Assembly: GCA_035286245.1 (NCBI GenBank)
Contig: JAYKIM010000186.1
Coordinates: 1 to 43,572, forward strand
DNA: 43,572 bases
Direction: 5' to 3'
Source: Cyanobacteriota bacterium
GTDB taxonomy: Bacteria > Cyanobacteriota > Cyanobacteriia > Phormidesmidales > Phormidesmidaceae
Shown piece by piece: positions 1 to 9,954 of this stretch. Made by a program: the position numbers and the translations under genes. How positions within the stretch are numbered: the first letter of the stretch is position 1; every line of letters starts with the position of its first letter. The notes beneath the pieces were generated by a model. It was not told the origin of the DNA. It saw only the letters and a program-made list of their open reading frames with translations, and made no database searches.

Positions 1-794
1 CAGACCTGCAGGGCCTGACCCAGTTCGGTCACCGCCTGCTCAAAAATCTCCGTCGCCTGCAAGGATTGCCGAATCACGGCGGTGATGGAGTTGACCAGCC
101 GCTCCCGCCGCTCCTGGGCGGCAATGGCCTTGTAGGCCTTCAGTAACTTGTACTGCCCCGCCTGCAGATAGGTGACCAGCCGTTGGGTAAAGGGATCCGC
201 CGCACCACCGTCATCCCAGCCCTGGGAGATCACCGCTGGGGCATTGAGGTGGCGTTGCTTGGCCCGCTGGGTGGGGGCCTGCAGCTCCGGGCGGTAGGCC
301 GCAATCCGATCCAGTAAAATTTCCGCCGCCCGTTGGGTGACGTAGGGGTCCTGGGTCCAAATGCCTTCAAACCGTCGACTTTGCTCCAGGCTGGGGCGCC
401 GGCCTGAGTCTGGTGAGTGCCGCTCTCGACAGATCAGACAGGCCTGGTACTGGTCACTGATTACCACCAGGTGCCACTCCTCGGTGAGGGCATCCTGGGG
501 ACTAAAGACCACCGTTTGATAGTGTTGACTATGGCTTTTGAAGCGGGTGCCCTGGCCGGATAGAACGTAGAGTTGATCGCTCAGGTCGGCAATCCGCTGG
601 TAGCGGTTCGCCTCCTGTTGATAAAACCGCTCCTGCTGAAAACTAGCCACCACCAGGGCCCCCCCAATGCCCGCCAAAATATGGTCTTCCATGGCATGGG
701 AGAGGGCGGTGAGGGAGGTTTTAAAGTAGAGTCTTGGTCTTAGCTGGGGAATTGCCCTTAGCAATTCGTCCACCACAGATGTGGGATTGCTCAT
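1..794 (-). CDS. DICT sensory domain + GAF signalling protein, 3' end outside window
   Basis: Not in the ORF track. Manual translation from ATG at 794 gives MSNPTSVVDELLRAIPQLRPRLYFKTSLTALSHAMEDHILAG...ASFQQERFYQQEANRY...EEWHLVV, typical of cyanobacterial DICT domains. It continues into a GAF-like entry (ERLVNSITAVIRQSL). The output domain is not visible. Confidence 0.8.
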   Translation of the reverse strand, partial: MSNPTSVVDELLRAIPQLRPRLYFKTSLTALSHAMEDHILAGIGGALVVASFQQERFYQQEANRYQRIADLSDQLYVLSGQGTRFKSHSQHYQTVVFSPQDALTEEWHLVVISDQYQACLICRERHSPDSGRRPSLEQSRRFEGIWTQDPYVTQRAAEILLDRIAAYRPELQAPTQRAKQRHLNAPAVISQGWDDGGAADPFTQRLVTYLQAGQYKLLKAYKAIAAQERRERLVNSITAVIRQSLQATEIFEQAVTELGQALQV

Positions 795-1092
795 AATTGC
801 CCATGGGTTTTGTGATGGCAAAAACCGTTAAGAATTAAAAAGTAAGTATTAAAAATACTGATGTCGCCGAACAGGGGGTATCCTGACCCCAGGCCATACC
901 GGGAACAGGGGTAGGGTTTCTACCAGCCCTTGCGGTCGGGGATCCTCCGCTAAACCAGCATGGCTATGTCTAGCCTACCAGTTTGGCCGCCCCCCTCACG
1001 ACTTTGTAACCATTCGCCAAAAAACAGTTCCCTTTCGATCCCGTCTGGCTATCCCCTATAGTAGGGAGGAGAGGATTCCGAGGTAGAGGCCC

Positions 1093-1827
1093 ATGATACT
1101 TCCCGCCTGGCTGATCCAGCCCCGTCGTTTATTCCAAGTCTGGCTAGCGAGCCTGGTGGCGGGGTGGTTGACCCTCACCCTGGGTGCAGCGCCGGCCCAG
1201 GCGATCGCGGTGGTGGAACTACCCTCGGTGAGGGCTGGTGATGCCACCTGGTTGGTGGATGATGCGAATATCATCAGCCGTACTAATGAAGGTAAGATTG
1301 CTAACCGGCTGGCTAACCTGGCCTCTACCACTGGCAACGAGGTGCGCCTAGTAACCATTCACCACTTTGACTACGGTGAGACGGTCCAGACCTTTACGGA
1401 TAAGCTGTTTGATCGCTGGTACCCCACGCCGACGGATCAGGCTGACCAAACCCTGATCGTGCTGGATGAGGTGACCAAAACCGTCGGCATTCGGGTGGGG
1501 ACGGCGGCGGCCACCCAGTTGGATGCTGCCACGGCCACCAGTGTGGCCCAGGAGACCGTGCTGGTGCCCCTGCTGCAGGGCGACAAGTACAACCAGGCCC
1601 TGCTGGATGCCAGCGATCGCCTGGTGGCGGTGCTGAGTGGTCAGCCCGATCCGGGCCCACCGGTGTTTGATGAGGCCTTTGACAACCAAAGCGAAAGCAC
1701 CTTCGCCAGTGCGGAAACCACCGAAGAAAACCGGGGTAACAATGCGGTGCTGCTGATCGTGTTGCTGGTGCTGGCCACGGTGATCCCCATGGCCACCTAC
1801 TTTTGGTATGTGGGGTTTGGTAACTAG
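1093..1827 (+). CDS. psb32: TPM-domain photosystem II repair protein Psb32 (TLP18.3 homologue)
   Basis: Signal peptide ending APAQA, TPM domain (LVDDANIISR...EVRLVTI...DKYNQALLDASDRLVAVLSGQPDPGPP), C-terminal TM ending ATVIPMATYFWY. Confidence 0.85.
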   Translation: MILPAWLIQPRRLFQVWLASLVAGWLTLTLGAAPAQAIAVVELPSVRAGDATWLVDDANIISRTNEGKIANRLANLASTTGNEVRLVTIHHFDYGETVQTFTDKLFDRWYPTPTDQADQTLIVLDEVTKTVGIRVGTAAATQLDAATATSVAQETVLVPLLQGDKYNQALLDASDRLVAVLSGQPDPGPPVFDEAFDNQSESTFASAETTEENRGNNAVLLIVLLVLATVIPMATYFWYVGFGN

Positions 1828-1834
1828 GCCGCTC

Positions 1835-3055
1835 CTAGCCCGCCGCCATAAAGTTGGCCGGATCCTGGTCGCGGCGGTGTTGGGTGGGTAAGGGGGGCGG
1901 GGCGGCCGTACCCGCCAGGGCGGCGGTGGCCTCCAGGCTGGTGCGCAGACGGCGAGCCGCGTAGAGGGACATATCCCGAGGTACGGTGATGCGATCGCGC
2001 AGGTAACGCAGGGCCAGATCGGCACCGACAGGGGGTTGGCACAGATCCCCCTGAATCAGGTGGGTCAGGGCACAGCGTAGCCCTTCATCCAGCACCGCTG
2101 GGGCCGCCGGATTCACCGCCATCAAATGATGGCGATGCTTCAGCACCCGATGCAGGGCCTCCAGAGCACTGGTATCCGGCTCTGGATAGCCCACCTCCGG
2201 CAGGTCTCCCCAGGGGCACTGATCCACTTGTCGTTGGTGCAGGGCGGTTTGGGGCAGGCCGTTGGCGTAGCAGCCCCCCATCTGGGGCGGCAGGTCGTGG
2301 ACATGGGTATGGAAATCACTCTGGGTGCCCCGGTAGGTGGATCGGGTCTCCAGGGCGGTGAACCAGGCCGCCAGGGCCGGGTGGGCCTGCTTGAGGTTAT
2401 AGCCCTTGTAGTAGTAAAGGCTGGCGTTCATGCGTTCAACGTAGGGAATGAACACCAGGTCAGCGGTGCTGAAATCCTCTAGAAAGTAGGGGCCAGGGCT
2501 AGCCTCCAGGGCGGCCTCCACCCGCCGGGCCACGGCGGCAAACTGGTCCTGGGCACGGCTATCCTCCCGGTCAGAACGGTGGGGCTGACAGAGCCACAGA
2601 CACCAGGCTCGAAACAGCACCCGTTCTAATTGCCGCAGGGGAATCACCCGGGCATCGGTCATGGCGGCCTCCAGGGGGCCAAAACAGCGATCCAGGGCCA
2701 TTAAAATGTCATCACTCTCGGTGATCAGGCGGCCATCCAGCTCCAGGGCCGGTAGCATGCCGGAGGGCACCCGGCGTTTATACCAAAGCTCCTTGTCGCC
2801 GTAGCAAAACATGGTGACCTTCTGGATGCGATAGGGCACCTGTTTCTCCTCCAGCCAGAGCCAGACCTTTTGGCAGTAGGGGCACCAGGCGTGGCGATCG
2901 CGGTAGAGGGTGACCCGCACCGCCGATTCAGGTTGGCCAAACAGGCGCAGATTGGCCTGAGCATTGGTGGGGCCATTCACCCGATCGCAGTTGTAGGTAT
3001 CGAGGCTGGTGAGCTGATCCCAGGAGAGGGGGGTGGCAGGGAGGGTCATGGGCAT
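1835..3055 (-). CDS. Glutathione S-transferase family protein with CPYC motif
   Basis: [54 protein letters not shown]. Confidence 0.85.
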   Translation of the reverse strand: MPMTLPATPLSWDQLTSLDTYNCDRVNGPTNAQANLRLFGQPESAVRVTLYRDRHAWCPYCQKVWLWLEEKQVPYRIQKVTMFCYGDKELWYKRRVPSGMLPALELDGRLITESDDILMALDRCFGPLEAAMTDARVIPLRQLERVLFRAWCLWLCQPHRSDREDSRAQDQFAAVARRVEAALEASPGPYFLEDFSTADLVFIPYVERMNASLYYYKGYNLKQAHPALAAWFTALETRSTYRGTQSDFHTHVHDLPPQMGGCYANGLPQTALHQRQVDQCPWGDLPEVGYPEPDTSALEALHRVLKHRHHLMAVNPAAPAVLDEGLRCALTHLIQGDLCQPPVGADLALRYLRDRITVPRDMSLYAARRLRTSLEATAALAGTAAPPPLPTQHRRDQDPANFMAAG

Positions 3056-3073
3056 GGACAGGTTAGCGGCACC

Positions 3074-3103
3074 GAAGGGAGGAATAGCTGCCCCCCTCCC
3101 TTC
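3074..3103. terminator. 9-bp stem hairpin between cobM and GST (terminator or mRNA-stabilising stem)
   Basis: GAAGGGAGG (3074-3082) pairs with CCTCCCTTC (3095-3103). No clear U-tract. Confidence 0.4.
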
Positions 3104-3117
3104 CTATCTTGGCATGA

Positions 3118-3966
3118 TTACCGCTGGGGCGCAGGGCTACTGGTGCGAGATCGGGGCCGAAACAGATGATCGTGATCCGGGTTGTAGAGGCGAGACCGCG
3201 GCGCTATCCCCCCCTCCCCACCAGGACTGGCCAGGGCCGGACTGATCAGGTAAAGGGTGGTGCGCACCAGGTTTTGCTGGTGGGTCAGGGCCGCCATCTC
3301 CGTCAAGGGGACCTGCCAAATCTGCTCATCCGGCCAACCCAGCCGGAAACACACCGCCACCGGGGTATCCGCCGGATAATGCTGGAGCAGTTGGGCCTGG
3401 GCCGCCTCCACATGGCGGGCACTGAGGTAGAGGCAGAGGCTGGTACGGTGGGCTGCCAGGGCCGCCAGTTCCTCCCCCTCGGGTACGGCGGTACGGCCAC
3501 TGATGCGGGTCAAAATAATCGACTGCACCAGCCCCGGCACGGTTAACTCCACCTGCAAGCGGGCCGCCGCCGCCTGGTAGGCGCTAATTCCCGGCACCAC
3601 CTCAAAGGGAATGGCCGCCGCCACCAGGGCCTGCATCTGTTCGTGGATGGCGCTGTAAAGACTGGGGTCACCGGACTGGAGCCGTACCACCGACTGCCCC
3701 GCCCGCACCCGCTCGATCATCATCGGCAGGATATCCTCCAGGGTGAGGTTAGCGGTGCCGATGCGATCGGCATCGGCCCGCAGCCAATCTAAAATCTGAG
3801 GCGGCACCAGGGAATTGGCGTAGAATACCGCATCGGCCTGGCTGAGCAGACGCTGAGCTTTGACCGTGAGCAACTCCGGATCCCCAGGTCCTGCTCCAAC
3901 AATGTAAACAGCGGGCGGCAGCGGCGATGGTTGGAGGGGGTTAGGAACGGTGTTAGTTGAGACCAT
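3118..3966 (-). CDS. cobM: Precorrin-4 C11-methyltransferase
   Basis: VYIVGAGPGDPELLTVKA, YANSLV, VRLQSGDPSLYSAIHEQ, ELTVPGLVQSIILTR, RSRLY. Confidence 0.92.
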   Translation of the reverse strand: MVSTNTVPNPLQPSPLPPAVYIVGAGPGDPELLTVKAQRLLSQADAVFYANSLVPPQILDWLRADADRIGTANLTLEDILPMMIERVRAGQSVVRLQSGDPSLYSAIHEQMQALVAAAIPFEVVPGISAYQAAAARLQVELTVPGLVQSIILTRISGRTAVPEGEELAALAAHRTSLCLYLSARHVEAAQAQLLQHYPADTPVAVCFRLGWPDEQIWQVPLTEMAALTHQQNLVRTTLYLISPALASPGGEGGIAPRSRLYNPDHDHLFRPRSRTSSPAPQR

Positions 3967-4074
3967 AGGTAAAAGCCCCCTAGGGAAAGCAAATAGGGGC
4001 AGAGAACTCGATAATCATGATTTTTGCGCCCTCTTGGGGGCAAACTATACCTGGGACAACTCCAGTCAGCCAGC

Positions 4075-6225
4075 CTAGCGCAGGGCCGCTGCCTCCCGGG
4101 CCGCATTGGCTTCATCGGGGTGGATATTCAGCCGGGTGAGGTTGATCCGACCCCGGCCGTCAATCTCCCGCACCTTCACAATCACCTCGTCACCCACATT
4201 TACCTCATCCTCGACCTTACCCACCCGGTAATCCGCCAGTTGGGAGATGTGGATCATGCCTTCTTGACCGGGCATAAACTCCACAAAGGCGCCAATCGGG
4301 ATCACCCGAGTCACGGTTCCGGCAAACACGTCACCCGCTTGAGGTTTAAACACGATGGACTCAATTAAGGCCTTAGCCTGCTTCGCCTTTTCCCCCTCAA
4401 TGGAGGAAACGGTGACGGTGCCGTCGTCGTCAATGTCCACCTTAGCGCCGGTTTGTTCGGTAATCGCTTTAATTTTCTTACCGCCGGGGCCAATCACCAT
4501 GCCAATCATCTCCGGATCGATCTTGAAGCTGATCAGACGGGGGGCATAGGGGGAGAGCTCGGTGCGGGGTTGATCAATGGTGGCCAGCATCTTTTCCAGA
4601 ATATGCAGACGGGCCGGTTTAGCCTGGTGAATAGCATCGGCAATCACTTGCACCGGCAAACCGGTGATCTTCATATCCATTTGCAGGGCGGTAATACCCT
4701 TATCGGTACCGGCCACCTTAAAGTCCATATCCCCCAGGAAGTCCTCAATGCCCTGGATATCGGTGAGGATGCGCACCTCATCCCCTTCCTTGATCAGGCC
4801 CATGGCCGCTCCACTCACCGGTTTGGTAATGGGGACGCCGGCATCCATCAGGGAAAGGGTGGAGCCGCAGACCGACCCCATGGAGGTGGACCCATTGGAG
4901 GAGAGCACCTCCGACACCACCCGAATAACGTAGGGAAACTCCTCCTGGGGGGGCAGTACCGGTATCAGGGCCCGCTCCGCCAGGGCCCCATGACCAATTT
5001 CCCGACGACCGGGCGATCGCATCGGTCGGGTTTCCCCCACGGAATAGGGAGGGAAATTATAGTGGTGCAGGTAGCGCTTTTCCTCCTCCGGGTGGAGGTC
5101 ATCCATCATCTGGGCATCCCCAGGGGTGCCCAGGGTGACCACCGACATCACCTGGGTGAGCCCCCGCTGGAACAGGCCAGTGCCATGGACCCGGGAGGGC
5201 AGCAACCCGACTTGACAATAGATGGGCCGCACCTCATCCAGCTTACGGCCATCCACCCGCACCCCATCCCTGACGATTTGCTGACGCATCAGCTTTTTAG
5301 TGACGGCTTTATAGGTATTCCCCAGGGCCTTGGCGTTTTCGGTGACCGCCAGCTTCACCGGATTATCCTCCTCCAGGCCAGCAATGGTGGCCGCCAGCTC
5401 CTCCTTAATGGTATCCAGCTTGGCATCGCGATCGGGCTTACTCAGTTGAAACTGTTTGAGCACCTCCTGAATCGCCGCCGTGGTTTTCTCCTCGATAAAG
5501 GTGGCCAGGGTGGGATCGGTTTCCGGTTCAGGCTCCTTCACCAGTTCGATACCCAGTTCCTTAATCAAATCCAGCTGGGCCTGGATTAAATCCTGCACCA
5601 CCTCATAACCAAAGTCGATGGCATCAATCATGTCAGATTCCGGCAGTTGGTTAGCTCCTGCCTCCACCATAATTACCCCGTCGGGGGAGCCCGCCACCAC
5701 CAGATCCAGATCGCCGTTTTCCACCTCCCGGTAGGTGGGGTTGATCACAAAATCATCCCCCACTAAGCCGACCCGCACCGCTGCCATGGGGCCATTAAAG
5801 GGGATCTTGGCCAACAGCACCGCCACTGATGCGCCCGTGGCGGCTAGCACATCCGGGGGCACCTGCTCATCCATGGCCAGGGTGGTGGCAACAATTTGGA
5901 TATCATCCCGCAACCAGTGGGGGAAGAGGGGCCGTAGGGGGCGATCAATCAGTCGGCTAATCAGGGTGGCCCGTTCCGGCGGACGGCCCTCCCGACGGAG
6001 AAAGCCACCGGGAATTCGCCCGGCGGCGTAGAGGCGTTCTTCGTAATCAACCAACAGGGGTAAAAAGTCTATGCCCTCTCGTCCCGCTGCCCGGGTAGCC
6101 GTCACCAACACGGCGGTTTCCCCTGACTGCACCAGCACAGCCCCACCAGCCTGAGGGGCGAGGAGACCTACCCGCAACTTAATATCGCGACCATCAAAGG
6201 ATATTGATTTTTCCAGTTCTTGCAT
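4075..6225 (-). CDS. pnp: Polyribonucleotide nucleotidyltransferase (PNPase)
   Basis: Likely start is ATG at 6225 ([17 protein letters not shown]), 716 aa. Motifs [50 protein letters not shown], then KH and S1 domains. Confidence 0.97.
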   Translation of the reverse strand: MQELEKSISFDGRDIKLRVGLLAPQAGGAVLVQSGETAVLVTATRAAGREGIDFLPLLVDYEERLYAAGRIPGGFLRREGRPPERATLISRLIDRPLRPLFPHWLRDDIQIVATTLAMDEQVPPDVLAATGASVAVLLAKIPFNGPMAAVRVGLVGDDFVINPTYREVENGDLDLVVAGSPDGVIMVEAGANQLPESDMIDAIDFGYEVVQDLIQAQLDLIKELGIELVKEPEPETDPTLATFIEEKTTAAIQEVLKQFQLSKPDRDAKLDTIKEELAATIAGLEEDNPVKLAVTENAKALGNTYKAVTKKLMRQQIVRDGVRVDGRKLDEVRPIYCQVGLLPSRVHGTGLFQRGLTQVMSVVTLGTPGDAQMMDDLHPEEEKRYLHHYNFPPYSVGETRPMRSPGRREIGHGALAERALIPVLPPQEEFPYVIRVVSEVLSSNGSTSMGSVCGSTLSLMDAGVPITKPVSGAAMGLIKEGDEVRILTDIQGIEDFLGDMDFKVAGTDKGITALQMDMKITGLPVQVIADAIHQAKPARLHILEKMLATIDQPRTELSPYAPRLISFKIDPEMIGMVIGPGGKKIKAITEQTGAKVDIDDDGTVTVSSIEGEKAKQAKALIESIVFKPQAGDVFAGTVTRVIPIGAFVEFMPGQEGMIHISQLADYRVGKVEDEVNVGDEVIVKVREIDGRGRINLTRLNIHPDEANAAREAAALR

Positions 6226-6528
6226 TGACAACTTTGTCCTTACCGCTCTTCGCGCTTTTCTTACGTCATATCTGCACGATCCTAGCACCGATAGCCACAA
6301 TGGCTTCATTCTGTAATATATGGCTTTGGACAGAATCCTTAAAACAGGGTGAATCGGTAAAAACGACTCCAGGCAAGCGTTCTGCTTGACCTCCGCGCCA
6401 TTACCCCTGGCTAGGTCTATGGTTAAGTCAGAGGTCAGGGATCCCATATCCTTTGATCTGTCTGTCTCCAGCAACGGTTTAGGCCTCTGGGCGCGTTTAT
6501 CCGTTGACCTCAGAAAGGTAAAAAAACT

Positions 6529-6558
6529 TTGGCCTGTGACTTCCAGTCATGCTAGGAT
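6529..6558 (+). promoter_or_regulatory. Putative promoter of the tRNA-Tyr/tRNA-Thr pair
   Basis: Extended -10 TGcTAGGAT at 6550-6558, weak -35 TTGGCC at 6529-6534 and an upstream A-tract, about 20 bp before the tRNA. Confidence 0.5.
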
Positions 6559-6577
6559 TAAAAGCCGTGGATAGGGC

Positions 6578-6659
6578 GGGTCGGTGCCCGAGTGGTTAAT
6601 GGGGGCGGACTGTAAATCCGCTGGCTACGCCTACGCTGGTTCGAATCCAGCCCGGCCCA
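6578..6659 (+). tRNA. trnY: tRNA-Tyr(GTA)
   Basis: Acceptor stem GGGTCGG/CCGGCCC-A, anticodon arm GCGGA-CTGTAAA-TCCGC, long variable arm, GGTTCGAATCC. 82 nt, CCA not encoded directly after the discriminator. Confidence 0.97.
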
Positions 6660-6671
6660 TCCACGGCAATT

Positions 6672-6743
<72 letters not shown>

Positions 6744-7023
6744 TTTAAGGATTAGCCGTAGCTACCTGAAAGGCAATAAAGGTGGGCTATAACGACTAAT
6801 TAGTAAATGCTTTTAAGAATAAATTGTGTTCTCAGCGATTAATCCAACGTCGGTCTAAAGGCCAGCCCTGGGAGAACATCAAGGTAAGCTAAGAACAATC
6901 AGGTCGGCCCCTTGCCCTAGCTTTGACCTCGTCAAGCGGTCCTCTGCTCAGGTGTTTGGGTAGAAGCGTGCTGACCCACGCTATCAGTTCTAGAAACTCT
7001 GGTTCCTGAAGGCTAGGCCTCGT

Positions 7024-7485
7024 TCAAGATCGCGATCGCTGGTAACGACCAACTAACTCAGCCTGTGCCAAAATGTGACCGGTCATGGCGCGCTCAACCT
7101 CCAACTTAGGGGCGCCCGGCTTTAAATCGAGCCGCCTATCCAGGGCATAGAGTTTGAAAAAGTAACGGTGGACACCGGCGGGCGGGCAGGGGCCACCGTA
7201 GCCCAGGCGACCGAAATCATTCTTTCCCTGGACACCACCGTTGAGCAACTCAGCCTGGGGTGACACCGCCGCTGGTAGCTGGCCTAGTTCTGGTGGCAGA
7301 TTATACATGACCCAGTGCACCCAGGTTTTGACGGGAGCGTCGGGATCATCACAGATCAGGGCCAGACTCACCGTTCCGGAGGGCAGATCCCGCCAGCTCA
7401 GTGGCGGGGACTGGTCAGCCCCATCGCAGGTATAAAGGGATGGGATCAGCTGGCGGTCGGCAAAGGCGGAACTTTCTAGATGCAT
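7024..7485 (-). CDS. YbhB/YbcL family PEBP (Raf kinase inhibitor-like) protein
   Basis: Start at MHLESSAF. Motifs YTCDGADQSPPLSW, DDPDAP..WVHWV, GYGGPCPPAGVHRYFFKLYALD. Confidence 0.92.
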   Translation of the reverse strand: MHLESSAFADRQLIPSLYTCDGADQSPPLSWRDLPSGTVSLALICDDPDAPVKTWVHWVMYNLPPELGQLPAAVSPQAELLNGGVQGKNDFGRLGYGGPCPPAGVHRYFFKLYALDRRLDLKPGAPKLEVERAMTGHILAQAELVGRYQRSRS

Positions 7486-7528
7486 AGTCAGGGCCTCCAA
7501 AGGCGGATGACTGTATGGATGGCTAACC

Positions 7529-8542
7529 CTAGGATAGGGCAAATGCTCCGATCACCTCGCCCAACTGCAGCCGACTACCATTGATGAAGTCTCCGCCCTG
7601 CTGCAGTTGCTTACCGCTGGGTTTAACCTGTTGCAAAAGCAAGAACCCCTCTCCGGTTTGCACCACCGGGCCATAGCCCTTTAGCAGGGCCACCACGGTG
7701 CCGGGGCTGGCCCCAGCATTGACCTCCAAGGTGCTAACCCGATCCACCAGGGGGGCCAACTCCGATGGCAACCTGGACCAGTAGGCCTCCCCCAGGGGCA
7801 CAGTAGCCAGCAACTTTAAGGGTTGTCCCCGAAAGTGGGTGACACAGTGGGGATAGAAGCCTCGCACCTGGTTGTGGAGGGCGATCGCCGGCCGCTGCCA
7901 GTCCATTCCATAGTCTTGCTTGTGAAGCAGGGGAGCATAGGTGGCCAGGTCAGGATTTTGGGGCTCGGGGGTAAGTTGTTGACTGTCCAGCCCCCGTAGG
8001 GTTTCCACCAGCAGGTCTGCACACTGCTGGGCCAGGGAAGCCGCCACCGTAGGAAAATTATCCAGCAGGCCAATGGCCAGATAGGATTTTAACAGCATAG
8101 CCCCGGTATCCATGCCCGGGTCCATCTGGATGGTGGTGATGCCGGTGTGGGTTTCTCCTTTGACGATCGCCCATTGAATGGGGGCCGCACCCCGATAAGC
8201 CGGCAGCAACGACCCGTGACCATTGATGCAACCCAGGCGGGGTATGGCCAGCAATTGGGGTGAGAGTAACTGACCGTAGGCCACCACCACAAAGGCATCC
8301 GCTTGCAGTTGGTCCAAACTAGTCAGAGTAGGTTCATGGTGCTTCAGCCGTTCTGGTTGGAGCACCGGGCAGCCCAGGGGCAGGGCTGCCTGCTTCACCG
8401 GTGAAGCATCCACCTGGCTACCCCGGCCCCGCCGCTGGTCCGGCTGGGTAACCACTCCGACTATGTGAAAATCGGGTTCCACCGCCAGGCGATGTAAACT
8501 CGGTACAGCAAACTCAGGGGTGCCAAAAAACACTAAGCGCAT
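7529..8542 (-). CDS. fmt: Methionyl-tRNA formyltransferase
   Basis: MRLVFFGTPEFAVPSL, VVTQPD, VVAYGQLL, INGHGSLLPAYRGAAPIQWAI, GMDTG. Confidence 0.96.
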   Translation of the reverse strand: MRLVFFGTPEFAVPSLHRLAVEPDFHIVGVVTQPDQRRGRGSQVDASPVKQAALPLGCPVLQPERLKHHEPTLTSLDQLQADAFVVVAYGQLLSPQLLAIPRLGCINGHGSLLPAYRGAAPIQWAIVKGETHTGITTIQMDPGMDTGAMLLKSYLAIGLLDNFPTVAASLAQQCADLLVETLRGLDSQQLTPEPQNPDLATYAPLLHKQDYGMDWQRPAIALHNQVRGFYPHCVTHFRGQPLKLLATVPLGEAYWSRLPSELAPLVDRVSTLEVNAGASPGTVVALLKGYGPVVQTGEGFLLLQQVKPSGKQLQQGGDFINGSRLQLGEVIGAFALS

Positions 8543-8586
8543 AGCTACCAAGGAGGAGGGGTGGTCATAAATGCCCTCATCAAGGG

Positions 8587-9954
8587 CTAGGGCCAGCCAT
8601 CCCAGGGGCTCACCTGGAGCACGCCAGCGGGGGTGAAAACCACCATAAAGTCCAGTTGGTCAGCACCAGAGGCGTCGCTATTCACCAGCTGAGGCAAGGG
8701 GGTTTCCTGGGCTAGCAGGCCCGCTGGGGCATTCACCGGTGCGTAGGCGACGATCACCCCCTCCTGGTTGAGCCGTACCCGGTAAGTCAGGGGTTCACTG
8801 GCGGATAGGGGCTTTAGGTTAGTTAGAATGCGATCGTACAACCCGTCGTTGAGTTGGCGGATGAGATCGCGGTCCCTAATCTTGCTGGCAATCTCTGGTA
8901 ACTCTGCCGGAGCTGGGGTAGCCGAGGACTTAGCTGTTTCTGCCGTACTCCAGGGTTTCACCACCACCTCTCCATCGGGGCTAAAGATAGCCCGAAACTG
9001 AGCCACCGGCTCCTGGGATAACTTAAGACTCGATACGGGGTCAAAAGCCAGTTTAGGCAGCGGCGTGCGATCCACCTCCCCTAGGGCAAGGTCATTCTCG
9101 TACTTATAGGCCAGGATATCCCCCTCTTCAGAGACCACCAGACGGTAGCTGAGATCCGCGCTGGGCTTGACATCGCTAGGCCAGCCTTGCTGTAGGATGC
9201 GGGTTAGCTCCCGCTGTAGCAAACTCAGCGCATCAGGATCGGTAATAGCGGGGGACTGGGTGAAGTCCTCCGGAGTGGGTTTAGCGCCATCTCCCTGGGT
9301 TGAGGTATTAGGGGTTGGAGTCGGAGAGGCTGTAGGAGATTCACTGGTGGCCGTTGGTCGAACCGCTGGGGGTTTGACCTCGGGGACGGGCACAAAGAAG
9401 AGAGCCAGTCCAGCCGCTGCCAAGGTGACAGCCCCCAAGACTGCCGGGGTAGCCCGTTGCACCATGGGGGTAGTGGGTTTAACCAACTGACGTGGCACAG
9501 ACTGCAACTGGGAGGTTAAATCAGGTAGGGTTTGGCTATCCGCCAATAACTGATCGATCGCCTCCATTAAGTCGTGGAATTGTAGGGTGGTCAACTTGAC
9601 GTCTACCACGGGCAGCACCTGGGAATCCACCACTGTGGCCTCAAGAGGTATGGTCCGGACAGTCAGGTGATGGTATCCTCCTGAGTCAGCCTGCACTCTT
9701 ACCGGCCCTGGGTCCTCCTTACTGAGGGGCCGGGTAATGCCACTGAGCAACTGTTGACCGTAGTGACTGACAGCGGTCACCAGACTATCTAAAAACTCCC
9801 GACCGCCTGAGAGGGGGGGGTGATCAGCACCGGAAAACTGACACTCCGCATTCATCAACACCGTCAACGGTGATTGTAAATCACTGGAACTTGCGGTCAA
9901 CCCCTCTAAGGTTAGGGTGCAGGAGGGTAGCCGATACTGTCGCTTAACGGTCAT
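8587..9954 (-). CDS. DUF4335-family bitopic membrane protein with duplicated C-terminal domain
   Basis: N-terminus RQYRLPSCTLTLEGL...GGREFLDSLVTAVSHYGQQLLSG...LTTLQFHDLMEAIDQLLADSQTLPDL recalled as DUF4335. One TM (aa ~171-188), a Pro/Thr-rich linker and two related ~95-aa domains. Confidence 0.75.
   Translation of the reverse strand: MTVKRQYRLPSCTLTLEGLTASSSDLQSPLTVLMNAECQFSGADHPPLSGGREFLDSLVTAVSHYGQQLLSGITRPLSKEDPGPVRVQADSGGYHHLTVRTIPLEATVVDSQVLPVVDVKLTTLQFHDLMEAIDQLLADSQTLPDLTSQLQSVPRQLVKPTTPMVQRATPAVLGAVTLAAAGLALFFVPVPEVKPPAVRPTATSESPTASPTPTPNTSTQGDGAKPTPEDFTQSPAITDPDALSLLQRELTRILQQGWPSDVKPSADLSYRLVVSEEGDILAYKYENDLALGEVDRTPLPKLAFDPVSSLKLSQEPVAQFRAIFSPDGEVVVKPWSTAETAKSSATPAPAELPEIASKIRDRDLIRQLNDGLYDRILTNLKPLSASEPLTYRVRLNQEGVIVAYAPVNAPAGLLAQETPLPQLVNSDASGADQLDFMVVFTPAGVLQVSPWDGWP

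Noticed and set aside
3967-4074. Cobalamin riboswitch upstream of cobM
   Set aside because: Only ~108 bp are available, with small hairpins (4023-4044 is probably the pnp terminator) and no B12-box consensus.
4453-5589. 378-aa ORF antisense to pnp
   Set aside because: Shadow ORF expected from codon bias of a conserved GC-rich gene, with no recognisable motifs. The same applies to the many short antisense ORFs in rpoB/C, topA, ndhB, mqo and selO.
6226-6474. 83-codon N-terminal extension of pnp in the ORF track
   Set aside because: PNPase similarity starts at MQELEK (6225). The extension starts at a TTG in the divergent promoter region and does not look protein-like.
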